From contig JAEOSK010000001.1 of assembly GCA_016840405.1 (NCBI GenBank), positions 94,820 to 158,819 of the forward strand: DNA of 64,000 nt, read 5' to 3'. Position 1 is the first letter of the stretch. The number at the start of each line of letters is the position of its first letter. Below, piece by piece: positions 48,400 through 58,056 of the stretch. Origin of the DNA: Candidatus Hermodarchaeum yapensis. Its GTDB lineage: Archaea > Asgardarchaeota > Hermodarchaeia > Hermodarchaeales > Hermodarchaeaceae. The position numbers and the translations under genes were made by a program. Below the pieces are notes generated by a model. The model searched no databases, had not been told where the DNA came from, and saw only the letters and a list, made by a program, of their open reading frames with translations.

Positions 48400-49866
48400 T
48401 CTTAATAAAAGAATCCGAAAATATTGGGAGTATCTGATATCTTGTAGGGTAAGTGTATGTAAAGGTTACAAATGAGTGGCCTATACTAAGCGTTCATTCC
48501 CTACAACTACTTATCCCCCTCTCTCCCATTCCTTAAATTACATGTCTGTGAATTGCCTAGTATACACAGGCTATCATCACCACGCGGCTTAGGTCTCCAT
48601 TCAACACATAGGAGGATATTCCACGCACTTCACAGAACGCATCCAACTACGACCCTCTCCTTACCTTTCCCATCTCTGTCACCTAGCGAAGAATCTGTAT
48701 AACTTGGCAAATTATTACATCCGCCAAAAGTTCATCCGTGAAGGTAGCTGGATACGTTACCGGGAGATAGATGTTCTTTTTTAAACCACCCCGGTGTACA
48801 AGCGCCTTCCTGCGCAGACTGCTCAACAGGTACTTCGATTACTTGATCAGAACTGGAAGGCATATTTCACAGCCATCAAGGACTGGCGAAAAAATCCTAA
48901 CAAGTATCTGGGTCGTCCAAGAATACCACGATATAAACCGAAAAATGGTGAGATCCTCGCGATATTTACAAACCAGCAGTGCCGAATCAAAAGGGGCTTC
49001 TTGTGCTTTCCTAAAAAAACCAAGTTAACGCCAATCAAAACACGAATCACCGAACTGTTTCATCAGGTCCGTCTTATACCGCGGGGTAATCATTACATTC
49101 TAGAAATCGTTTATGAAAGGGAACCTATTACTCTCCGATTAAAGAGACGACGTGTCATTAGTGTTGATATTGGATTGAATAATCTCGTAACTGTTGTCAA
49201 CAACGCGGGGCTGGCTCCCTGGCGCGTGAAAGGCGGGGGTGTGAAATCCATCAATCAGTACTATAACAAGGAGAGGGGACGACTGTGTTCTTGTAGAGAC
49301 AAACAAGGCCTCACAGGTCAAACACATCGACTCCAGCGACTACGATTGAAAAGAACTAACAAAATTACCGATGTCTTTCACAAGGTGTCACGGCGCATCA
49401 TCAAATATTGCATTTCCAATAATTTCGGACGTATCGTGATTGGGTATAATAAGACGTGGAAACAACAAGTGACATTGGGTCGAAAAAACAACCAGAATTT
49501 CGTGAGTGTGCCATTTCTAAAGCTTGTGAAGAAAATCCAATACAAAGCAGCAATAGTGGGAATTGAGGTGATTATGGTGGACGAAGGACACACATCGAAG
49601 GTGAGTTTTATAGATGGAGAAGAAATCAAGCCTCATCAAACCTATGTGGGCAAACGTGTGGGACGGGGATTGTTCCGAACCTCGAAAGGACTCATCATTA
49701 ATGCGGATGTAAATGGCGGATATAATATCGGCCGAAAAGCAGTCCCGGAAGCCTTTATGGTGGACGGGATAGAGGGTGTGGGGTTACACCCATATTCGGT
49801 GACCGTTTGATGCAAATCGGTAACAGAATAAAATAAGAATGGTTGAAATTTACTACTCTCGATAAC
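48400..49866 (+). mobile_element. Approximate extent of the third tnpB element
   Basis: Upstream inverted repeats (TTGTAGGG/CCCTACAA; AATGAGTG/CGTTCATT); 3' hairpins overlap the tnpB end and finish near GATAAC; boundaries estimated. Confidence 0.5.
48623..49810 (+). pseudogene. tnpB: Third-family TnpB (no zinc finger) with mutated start (ACG) and premature TAA at 48782-48784
   Basis: GGAGG (48611-48615), then ACG CAC TTC ACA GAA...CHLAKNLYN in frame with ORF 48794; SVDIGLNN, IVIGYNK, DEGHTSK, NADVNGGYNI. Confidence 0.88.
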
Positions 49867-49996
49867 CTAGACGATTAATGCATCCAAAACCTACAGAGCC
49901 ACAAATCAATGAAGTATATCCTTATGCAAACTCATAAGAAGATGTAGTCAGTCTTACTGTATCGTTACATCAACTGTCTATGCTCGATGATAGCTA

Positions 49997-50383
49997 ATGG
50001 TTGGGCGAGGCGTGTCAATAGACCGCAGTAAAGACTCATATGATTTAATCATGTCACTCCTTTCCCTTAGTGAGATTCAACGTCGGGTACTCATTTCACT
50101 CGCCCACATCTACCCTAAAGCTGCGTCTGGCAAACAACTCATTACCCTCATTGGGTACAGTGGAAAAGCCAAGTCCCTGTATCGTGGACCTCTTGAACGG
50201 CTTGAAATGGAAGAGCTGATCCTTGTTGATCGGTTAACTCCTCGACTCCACTCAATTCGTGTCAATCATCTTCATCCCTTAATCGAATTTCTACTGGAAC
50301 TCATTCAAGCCCATGGAAATGCCACCATGGAGTTATACACCCAAGCCCTGGAGGATGGAAAATCCGTTGACGAGGAGGAATGA
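49997..50383 (+). CDS. Winged-helix protein
   Basis: LSEIQRRVLISL...LERLEMEELI...VNHLHPLI. Confidence 0.6.
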   Translation: MVGRGVSIDRSKDSYDLIMSLLSLSEIQRRVLISLAHIYPKAASGKQLITLIGYSGKAKSLYRGPLERLEMEELILVDRLTPRLHSIRVNHLHPLIEFLLELIQAHGNATMELYTQALEDGKSVDEEE

Positions 50384-50984
50384 GCAAGTCCTTACAGAGA
50401 TCATACGAGAACAATATCTCCTCGAGTGGTTCTTCCTAGGGGTGTTATGGACAGTGTGTGCTCTCTGTGCCTACATACTCATCACGAACATTCTTTGGTT
50501 ACCCTCATTGGGTCCTCCATGGACGCCCCAACCAGATGTTCCCTGGTGGCAATGGCTCGCCCTTGCATTCACTCATCCATTCATTTGGCCCGCTGCAATT
50601 GCGACTCTGGTAGCCTTGATTCTGGCATTTACCGTGACACTATATTTTGCTGCGTGGATGCCCTCGCCTGTTGATTCTATCCTTCGACTTGAACTCAATC
50701 GAATCGGACCTACAACGAAACTACGATTACGGCGACAGTACGTAACAAAAATCAATACTAAGGGTCTCCTCCTAACTCGGGTTCTATCACGAACCACTAC
50801 CTCAGGAGAGTATGGTCTGGTTGTATTACGGGCAACCTTCCCTGATGCTTCACCTGAACAATTAGAATCAATAGCCCAACGGAATTTTCTTTCTAGGGAT
50901 AAAATGTCAATTGCTACTGTATCTTCAGTGGACGAGCTTCACTTCAAGGTTACTCAGCTTGCTCGTGCCTTTGCAGAATTCTAA
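50355..50984 (+). CDS. Membrane protein (2 TM plus soluble C-terminal domain)
   Basis: GGAGG-preceded ATG overlapping the upstream gene; two hydrophobic helices. Confidence 0.6.
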   Translation: MENPLTRRNEQVLTEIIREQYLLEWFFLGVLWTVCALCAYILITNILWLPSLGPPWTPQPDVPWWQWLALAFTHPFIWPAAIATLVALILAFTVTLYFAAWMPSPVDSILRLELNRIGPTTKLRLRRQYVTKINTKGLLLTRVLSRTTTSGEYGLVVLRATFPDASPEQLESIAQRNFLSRDKMSIATVSSVDELHFKVTQLARAFAEF

Positions 50985-51001
50985 TTTCTTCTAGTCGTTA
51001 G

Positions 51002-52660
51002 TTACCGTACCAGAGTATTTACTGTTCCGATGCAGCGTGTATTCGCTTCTCGTGTGACTACTCGGTCACCTACACGAAGCATTTCCGGACCCTTCTTGAA
51101 CGTCATGCGAACGCGTGCGACATCTCCGACCACGAGGTATTCTTTGTCATAGATTTCTTCAAAGATTATAGGCTGTTGAATTGTTGAACTGTGAAATACT
51201 GGTTCATAACCTGGTCGGATCCGAGTGGGATGTCTGGTAACAATGATAGTTGCATCGAAGGCTCGAACTGCTTTAGTGTCAGCGTCTTCGTCGCTAATGA
51301 TTTGTCCGCGACGTACTTTTTCGGGGTCAATGCGTTTGATATCAAAACCAAACACGTCACCTGCTTTGACTCGTTCAACTCGTTTTTTGAAGACTTCAAT
51401 GGATCCAATTCGTCCCCGCATGAATCGCCCCTCTTTATCGGGACCACAAAGGACTCTTTGACCTGGTTTGAAGATGCCTTCTTGGACAGTTCCTGTAAGC
51501 ACTACGTTGGTACCTCGAATTCCTCGGTACACCTTATCGATGTAAGCCAAAGCGGGTTTTTCCACTCGCTCATCCGGTATCCGAGTGGGTAGGCTTACAA
51601 GCGTGCTGCGAAGAAGGTCAAGACCTTCTCCTGTCACACAACTCACTTCAAATACAGGGACAATGACCCGATTACCAATTTCACGATGAATAATGGTTAG
51701 ATCATCTTCAGACGTGATACGAAGGGGAACGTGTCCGATTTCCTTAATGGTTTCAAAAACAAGATTTCGCACATAGTCCCGCTGAGTTTCGTCACAATCA
51801 TCAACTTTGTTAATTACAACTAGGAAGGGGAGTTCTTGGTTAGATACCAATAGCAAGTGTTCACGGGTGATATCATCTAGACGAAGGATACCACTGCGCT
51901 GTTCTTCAGCAATGGCGAGTTTGTATTCATCTTGACAGGGAACTAACACCATACTATACTGGGCAGAAGCTCCAAGGACACTGCGTATCATGGTTTTTGC
52001 ATATTCTTTGTGACCTGGGGCATCAAAGATGGTAATAATCCGGTGGGCCTGATCAAGAATCCTTGCACGTTTGGCCTTGTCTAATGGCGCTTGCATAGGT
52101 ATGAATTCGCCTTGCTTATCTATTGCTGCAAATGTGACGTGCAAATCAGCAGTTTGACCTCGCCGGAGTTCTTGAGGATAGGTTAGGAGTACTGCTCTAG
52201 CTTGTCCACTTCCGTTGTCTAACTGGCATTGAATGAACACGCCAGCTAAGGTTGTTTTTCCGCTGTTTACCCGACCAACTAGGTTGACCCCTAAGGTTTC
52301 AGGGACCATTGGGGTGATTTCCCGAGCAAGTGTAAAACTAACTACCATGCCTTTGTCGGTGTTATAGAATGTTTGTTCAAGGATTTCGATACCGGCTTCT
52401 TTACAAAGTAAACTGAGGGCTTCTTCACTGGTTTCGACTTCTTCTTGAGTAAGTCCATAGATTTCCCATTTCTTGCCGTGGATATCTTCAATTCCAACAA
52501 CGAAACGGCCTTCACCTTCACTAGTTATCAACTTCAGTTGGGCAATCAATTTCCCTTTACGATCGCCCTTCACATCACGTTCGGTTAGAACGCGTTTGAA
52601 TTCGGTGTTTCGCGTTTCCCCGCTGTCTAGAATTTGGTTGAGGTTGAAATCTATTGGCAC
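51002..52660 (-). CDS. GTPBP1/2-like translational GTPase with N-terminal AlbA_2-like domain
   Basis: ETRNTEFK, GRVNSGKTT, ELRRGQTAD, DAPGH, NKVD, EF-Tu-like domains II/III. Confidence 0.88.
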   Translation of the reverse strand: MPIDFNLNQILDSGETRNTEFKRVLTERDVKGDRKGKLIAQLKLITSEGEGRFVVGIEDIHGKKWEIYGLTQEEVETSEEALSLLCKEAGIEILEQTFYNTDKGMVVSFTLAREITPMVPETLGVNLVGRVNSGKTTLAGVFIQCQLDNGSGQARAVLLTYPQELRRGQTADLHVTFAAIDKQGEFIPMQAPLDKAKRARILDQAHRIITIFDAPGHKEYAKTMIRSVLGASAQYSMVLVPCQDEYKLAIAEEQRSGILRLDDITREHLLLVSNQELPFLVVINKVDDCDETQRDYVRNLVFETIKEIGHVPLRITSEDDLTIIHREIGNRVIVPVFEVSCVTGEGLDLLRSTLVSLPTRIPDERVEKPALAYIDKVYRGIRGTNVVLTGTVQEGIFKPGQRVLCGPDKEGRFMRGRIGSIEVFKKRVERVKAGDVFGFDIKRIDPEKVRRGQIISDEDADTKAVRAFDATIIVTRHPTRIRPGYEPVFHSSTIQQPIIFEEIYDKEYLVVGDVARVRMTFKKGPEMLRVGDRVVTREANTRCIGTVNTLVR

Positions 52661-52715
52661 TCAGGTTCCACACACATTCAGTTTCTTACAACCACATAGA
52701 AAGTATGTGTGAATA

Positions 52716-53426
52716 TCAGCCTTTTGTTTTCGTATTTTCAGTTGGGAGTGGTAACCAACCTTGTTCGTCTAAGTATTGTATTACGGGTTCTAGAGTCGGA
52801 AATACCTCAATTGCTCCCTCTTCGTGAAGTTCCTTTTCTGTTCGCACCTTTGATAGTCTTGCAATACACGGAATGCGTAGCTTTTTCGCTGTCATGATAT
52901 CAATCGTCGAATCACCGATAAAGATGGTTTGACTGGATGTTACTCCGAAGTGTTTGAGAATAAGTTCTAATCCTTCTGTCGAGGGTTTCATGTGTGGTGC
53001 CTCATCTCGACTGACGAGGAGATCGACGAGTGCATCCATTTCAAATTTCGCTAAAAGAAAATCTGCTACCTCTCGATTATCATTTGTAAGGACAGCAACA
53101 TTTACGCCGCGATTACGCAGTTCCTGAAGTGTTTCTCTAGCGCCAAGTACTAGTTGGGCTTTTTTTGCCCCTTCCCATTCAATCTCAACGGCAACGGCAT
53201 AAACTTTGTCTCGGAGCTCACTAATCTCAACCGGTGAGTTCCCCTGGCTTTGTGCATAAGCAAATGCGCTTCGAAGAAGATCTTGAGTGCTGTTCATAGG
53301 AAGGACTTCGAGAGGAAATCCATTAGAAATGAGTAGATCTCGAATTGCCTGACGCATGGCATGAAAATCAATTTCTGCAGTCACGAGTGTTCCATCTAAG
53401 TCGAAAACGACAAGCTGAAGAACCAT
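52716..53426 (-). CDS. HAD-superfamily hydrolase (phosphoglycolate phosphatase-like)
   Basis: FDLDGTLV, LTN, KP, IGDSTID. Confidence 0.88.
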   Translation of the reverse strand: MVLQLVVFDLDGTLVTAEIDFHAMRQAIRDLLISNGFPLEVLPMNSTQDLLRSAFAYAQSQGNSPVEISELRDKVYAVAVEIEWEGAKKAQLVLGARETLQELRNRGVNVAVLTNDNREVADFLLAKFEMDALVDLLVSRDEAPHMKPSTEGLELILKHFGVTSSQTIFIGDSTIDIMTAKKLRIPCIARLSKVRTEKELHEEGAIEVFPTLEPVIQYLDEQGWLPLPTENTKTKG

Positions 53427-53467
53427 ACCGCTTGCTCCGTTGATTCTCACATCTAAGGCAATTGATT

Positions 53468-54556
53468 CTAAAGGTCAGTGAAGCTTTTGACAGTTTTACT
53501 GTCCAAGCCCTTGACTACTGCCACTAGAAGGTCTATAGTTTTTTCAATGTCATCGAGGTTGAGGATTCCCACATGGCTGTGGATGTGTCGTGTTGGCACT
53601 CCAATCACTAGGCTCGGGCAGCCTGCACGATCTATGTGAATGACACCTGCATCAGTTCCCCCGCCGTACATCTGACTGAGTTGATAGGGAATTTTTTCCT
53701 TCTTTGCAGTTTTCATTACAAAGTTGAGTAAGGGTTGGTTGGGAATCATTGAACGATCCATTGTAGAGATTGCAGGTCCTTTACCCAGTTTTGCTGCCGC
53801 TTCTTCAGGTTTAATTCCAGGCATATCACCCGCAAGATCGACTTCTAAGGCAAATCCTAGATCTGGTTCAATGATGTGTGCGGTTGTTCTTGCTCCGCGA
53901 AGGCCAACTTCTTCTTGAACTGTAGCAGCACCAACCACAGTATTGGGGTGGCTGATTTTTTCTTCCTTTAATTTGTAGACGATTTCCATGGCAATGAATG
54001 CCCCAAGTCGATCGTCAAAGGCTTTTGCCGCCGCAAGTTTTCCATTTCGAATAAGTTGGAACGAGGAATCAGGGACTATCGGGTCGCCGATCTGAATTCC
54101 CATTTCCTTGATATCGTCTTCTGACGAAGCACCTACATCAATGAACATATCTTTCAGTTCAACAACTTTCTTTCGTTCCTCGGGTGAGAGAACATGTGGG
54201 GGCTTTGCTCCAAAAACTCCAAAGTGACGATCATTTTTTCGTGTTCGAATTATCACTTTCTGACCAAGAACGACTTGACTCCACCATCCACCAAGGGGAT
54301 TCACTTTGAGGAATCCTTCTTTAGTTATCCCTGAGACAATAAATCCTACTTCATCAACATGACCAGCGAAGAGAATTCGAGGGCGTTCAGCTGATCCCTT
54401 CTTGATGAATTGTACGCTTCCCAATTTATCTATGGAAATTTCATCAGCTATTGGGCGCATTTTCTTCGCAACAATGGCGGTTGCCTCTCGTTCGAAGCCA
54501 CTGGGACCAAATGAATCAACCAGAGTTTGTAGTAATTTAATTCGTCTTGAATCCAT
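53468..54556 (-). CDS. M42 family aminopeptidase (TET-like)
   Basis: GPSGFE, GHVDEVG, KAFDDRLG, VQEEVGLRGA, GGTDAG, TRHIHS. Confidence 0.93.
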   Translation of the reverse strand: MDSRRIKLLQTLVDSFGPSGFEREATAIVAKKMRPIADEISIDKLGSVQFIKKGSAERPRILFAGHVDEVGFIVSGITKEGFLKVNPLGGWWSQVVLGQKVIIRTRKNDRHFGVFGAKPPHVLSPEERKKVVELKDMFIDVGASSEDDIKEMGIQIGDPIVPDSSFQLIRNGKLAAAKAFDDRLGAFIAMEIVYKLKEEKISHPNTVVGAATVQEEVGLRGARTTAHIIEPDLGFALEVDLAGDMPGIKPEEAAAKLGKGPAISTMDRSMIPNQPLLNFVMKTAKKEKIPYQLSQMYGGGTDAGVIHIDRAGCPSLVIGVPTRHIHSHVGILNLDDIEKTIDLLVAVVKGLDSKTVKSFTDL

Positions 54557-54704
54557 AATGTGGCACCTGCAACGAATTCCCCTGATTAGTTAGATAAGCT
54601 TTTTTCAGGCACAGATACTTGGATAATACTTGTTTTCCCATATGATGAACAGGTTTTTTCAATATGAAAAGCCTATTCGAGCATAAAGGAGCGTTTGAGA
54701 AACA

Positions 54705-55526
54705 ATGCCTGTGACAGTTGAAGCGCTTGCAAAATTAATAGATCATACTCGTCTTAAACCGGAAACGAAACGAGCGAAAATCCAAGAACTCTGTGAAGAA
54801 GCCCTAGCATACGAATTCGCCTCGGTATGTATTAATCCAGTCCATGTTGAATATGCCGCAGAACTCCTGAAGGGCTCTTCAGTTGATGTGTGTTGTGTGG
54901 TAGGCTTTCCCTTAGGTGCCACTATGAGCGAAGTCAAAGCCTTCGAAACTAAAGAATCCATCAGAAAAGGAGCAACCGAAGTTGATATGGTAATCAATGT
55001 AGGTGCCCTCCGTGACGAAAATTATGATTTGGTCCGTTCAGACATCGAAGCTGTTGTTGAAGCTGCGGATGGTAAGATTGTCAAAGTAATATTAGAAACT
55101 GGGTTGCTAATTGACGACCAGAAACGCAAGGGATGTATCCTGAGCAAAGAGGCAGGAGCTCATTTTGTCAAAACTTCAACCGGATTTGGTCCTATGGGGG
55201 CGACCCCTGATGATGTCCGATTGATGCGGAAAACTGTTGGCAGTAAAATGGGAGTTAAAGCAGCCGGGGGTATTCGAAGTTTCAAGGATGCTCTCCGTTT
55301 GATTGATGCTGGGGCAACTCGCCTGGGCACGAGTTCCGGTGTTGCTATTGTGGAAGGGTATCGCTGGGCTGGTTATAGTGATGCCTGGCTTGAACCAGAT
55401 AAACCCTGTTGGACGTGCCCTAGCCGCCAAGCAAGTCTCGGAAAACAACCCAAAGAAGTCTATCTTTGGTATAAGGAGCGCTGTGTCACCTGTCCACACC
55501 GAGAGCAAAACATCTTCAATGACTAG
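54705..55526 (+). CDS. deoC: Deoxyribose-phosphate aldolase with C-terminal Cys-rich extension
   Basis: [45 protein letters not shown]; tail CWTC...CVTC. Confidence 0.95.
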   Translation: MPVTVEALAKLIDHTRLKPETKRAKIQELCEEALAYEFASVCINPVHVEYAAELLKGSSVDVCCVVGFPLGATMSEVKAFETKESIRKGATEVDMVINVGALRDENYDLVRSDIEAVVEAADGKIVKVILETGLLIDDQKRKGCILSKEAGAHFVKTSTGFGPMGATPDDVRLMRKTVGSKMGVKAAGGIRSFKDALRLIDAGATRLGTSSGVAIVEGYRWAGYSDAWLEPDKPCWTCPSRQASLGKQPKEVYLWYKERCVTCPHREQNIFND

Positions 55527-55537
55527 GAGGGCTAACA

Positions 55538-57328
55538 ATGACAGCAACTAATCAACATCTTTTTGCCGACACTAAATTGCTCAAGGTTTCACTTACTAGC
55601 CAAACCTCAAAGGAACTTCCCCTTTCTTCCACTGATTTCACTCATTTCCTTGGTGGACGGGGATTGGGAGTAAAGCTGGTGTATGATGCAGTAACGCCTG
55701 AGATTGCTCCTCTTTCTTCTGACAACCTGTTGGTTTTCGCTATTGGTCCGTTAACTGCGACAATCGCTCCAACCGCTGGACGAACCGCTATAATTACAAA
55801 ATCACCACTAACCGGGACAATCTTCGATTCTAATGTAGGCGGGTATTTTGGACCTCAACTTCGTCGTGCTGGTTATGCTGCACTCATCATCGAGGGTCGT
55901 GCATCTTCACCAGTATACCTATGGATCAATGATGGTAAAATCGAATTTCGATCTGCCAAGGGAATCTGGGGTAAAGAGGTTAGTCCGTCTACTGATTTGA
56001 TTCTCGAAAAGACCGATAGTAAAGCACAAGTGGCATGTATTGGCCCAGCTGGTGAAAATCAGGTTAAATTAGCCGCGATTATGACTGACAAACATCGTGC
56101 TGCTGGTAGAGGAGGAGTAGGCGCCGTTATGGGTTCAAAGAACCTGAAAGGCGTGGTTGTTAAGGGAACTCAGAAGGTGGCTGTTGCAAATACTGAGCAA
56201 TTAGACAAAGTGATTACTCGCGTTCGCAGACTAATCAAGAAGGACTCGATAACCAACAAATCACTTCCTGTTTACGGGACCCCCGTACTAGTAAATCTTG
56301 CAAATGAATATGGGCTGTTACCAACTCACAACTTCCAAGAAGGAACATTTAATGACGCTGAAGGAGTTTCAGGTGAAAAACTCTTAGAACGACTGTTTGT
56401 GAAAAGATACCACTGCTTTGGCTGTCCTATTGGATGTGGACGAATTAGCCGTGCTTATGATGAAGAAGGTGGGGGACCTGAATATGAAACACTTTGGGCG
56501 TTGGGTCCCCAATGTGGAATAAACGACTTGGAATGGATCGCCGCAGCCAACTTTCGCTGCAACGAACTTGGTCTGGATACAATCTCTCTCGGAAGTACTC
56601 TTGGCTGTGCCATGGAGTTAGTTCAAAAAGGAAAACTCAAAGCCCCATTAAAGTTTGGTGAAACAGAGGGATTAATGGAACTCATTGATGACGTTGCCCT
56701 GTCCCACGGACTTGGGGCTGAACTGGGAGAAGGATCTAAAGCCTTTTCGACTCGTTATAATGCTCCTGAATTAAGTATGAATGTGAAAGGCTTAGAGCTT
56801 CCTGCTTATGATCCGCGAGGGGTTCAAGGACATGCACTATCTTATGCGACTTCAAATCGGGGCGGGTGTCATCTGCGAGCCTATTTGATTGGTCCAGAAA
56901 TTCTGGGTTCGCCTGTTTTGGTGGACCGTGACCGAACAGAAGGGAAAGCAGGACTCGTCGTTCTCTTCCAGAATCTTTCTGCCGCAATGGATTCCCTTGT
57001 TCTTTGTCGATTTACTACGTTTGCCTTTACTGTTGAAGACTATGCTGACTTATTAGCTGCAGCTACAGGTTTGCCCATTGGCGGACAGGAATTACTTCGG
57101 ATAGGAGAAAGAATCTGGAACTTAGAACGCCTCTTTAATCTCCGTGAGGGCTTTTCTTCAAAGGATGATAGCCTACCCCCACGCTTCTCCACCCCTCTTC
57201 CAGAAGGTGGATCTCGGAATCGAATAGCACATCTTGATGAAATGCTCCCCGAATATTACCAACTCCGTGGCTGGGATAAGAAAGGGCAGCCAACACAAAC
57301 TCGGTTAAAAAAGCTTAATCTAGCATAA
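55538..57328 (+). CDS. aor: Tungsten-type aldehyde:ferredoxin oxidoreductase
   Basis: LGGRGLG, KSPLTG, GRGGVGAVMGSKNLK, CFGCPIGC, PEYET, GLDTIS, DPRG, RGGCH. Confidence 0.93.
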   Translation: MTATNQHLFADTKLLKVSLTSQTSKELPLSSTDFTHFLGGRGLGVKLVYDAVTPEIAPLSSDNLLVFAIGPLTATIAPTAGRTAIITKSPLTGTIFDSNVGGYFGPQLRRAGYAALIIEGRASSPVYLWINDGKIEFRSAKGIWGKEVSPSTDLILEKTDSKAQVACIGPAGENQVKLAAIMTDKHRAAGRGGVGAVMGSKNLKGVVVKGTQKVAVANTEQLDKVITRVRRLIKKDSITNKSLPVYGTPVLVNLANEYGLLPTHNFQEGTFNDAEGVSGEKLLERLFVKRYHCFGCPIGCGRISRAYDEEGGGPEYETLWALGPQCGINDLEWIAAANFRCNELGLDTISLGSTLGCAMELVQKGKLKAPLKFGETEGLMELIDDVALSHGLGAELGEGSKAFSTRYNAPELSMNVKGLELPAYDPRGVQGHALSYATSNRGGCHLRAYLIGPEILGSPVLVDRDRTEGKAGLVVLFQNLSAAMDSLVLCRFTTFAFTVEDYADLLAAATGLPIGGQELLRIGERIWNLERLFNLREGFSSKDDSLPPRFSTPLPEGGSRNRIAHLDEMLPEYYQLRGWDKKGQPTQTRLKKLNLA

Positions 57329-57422
57329 TACATGAACCTTTGAGTGTGTTTTGTTTGTCGGGGCAGAAGGCTTTTCTTAATTCAGAAGGGTAGCAGACAA
57401 TATTTGACTTGAGGCTGATCGA

Positions 57423-58046
57423 ATGACAGAAACTCAGGAACCTCCATCTCCAAGTCATCGTTCAATGCGAATTATCTCTGCCATATTATCTCCTCCTGCA
57501 ATAGCACTCGGAACGGTTACAGTGTTTTCCTTCTTTTCCCCAATAGGAACGGGATTACTTCAGCCCTGGCATTCGTTTCTTCTTGGATTATTTTTCATTG
57601 TTATCGGCCCCATTCTCCCACTTATGACCATGGTTGCACTTGGAAAACTAACCTTTGATGTTCGAAATCGACGAGATCGTCCGCTTCTTTACCTTGCAGC
57701 TATCCTTGTTTACAGCGCTGGTGCAGTCGTGGCTTGGTTTTTTCAAAACCACACCATGGCTGTACTTGCAGTTGCTTATGCGGCAGTAACCTCAGCAATC
57801 GCTATTGTGAGCCTTTTCTGGAAAGTATCCGCCCATGCGGCGGGTGTTGCCGGTCCCATTACAGGTTTAATCTGGATTTATGGACTCATACCTGTTCCAT
57901 TTCTATTACTCGCCGTTCTCGTTGCATGGGCACGTTGGCGTCAAGGGCTTCATACAATTACCCAATTAATCAGTGGCATACTTATTGCCATGATAGTAAC
58001 AGCAGGCGTTTATTTGTTGTATTGGAGTGTTCCATTTATTACCTAG
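57423..58046 (+). CDS. PAP2-like integral membrane protein
   Basis: RRDR, WKVSAHAAG, WAR...HTITQLISG. Confidence 0.75.
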   Translation: MTETQEPPSPSHRSMRIISAILSPPAIALGTVTVFSFFSPIGTGLLQPWHSFLLGLFFIVIGPILPLMTMVALGKLTFDVRNRRDRPLLYLAAILVYSAGAVVAWFFQNHTMAVLAVAYAAVTSAIAIVSLFWKVSAHAAGVAGPITGLIWIYGLIPVPFLLLAVLVAWARWRQGLHTITQLISGILIAMIVTAGVYLLYWSVPFIT

Positions 58047-58056
58047 ATAATGCAGG

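Noticed and set aside
44745-48784. Sec/Pyl read-through of the tnpB stop codons
   Set aside because: The stops are mixed TAG/TGA/TAA, the A/B stops align with Trp/Arg codons in the sister copy, and no SECIS-like element is evident.
48300-49950. CRISPR array next to the Cas12f-like tnpB
   Set aside because: No repeated 25-40 bp units with spacers are visible here or elsewhere in the window.
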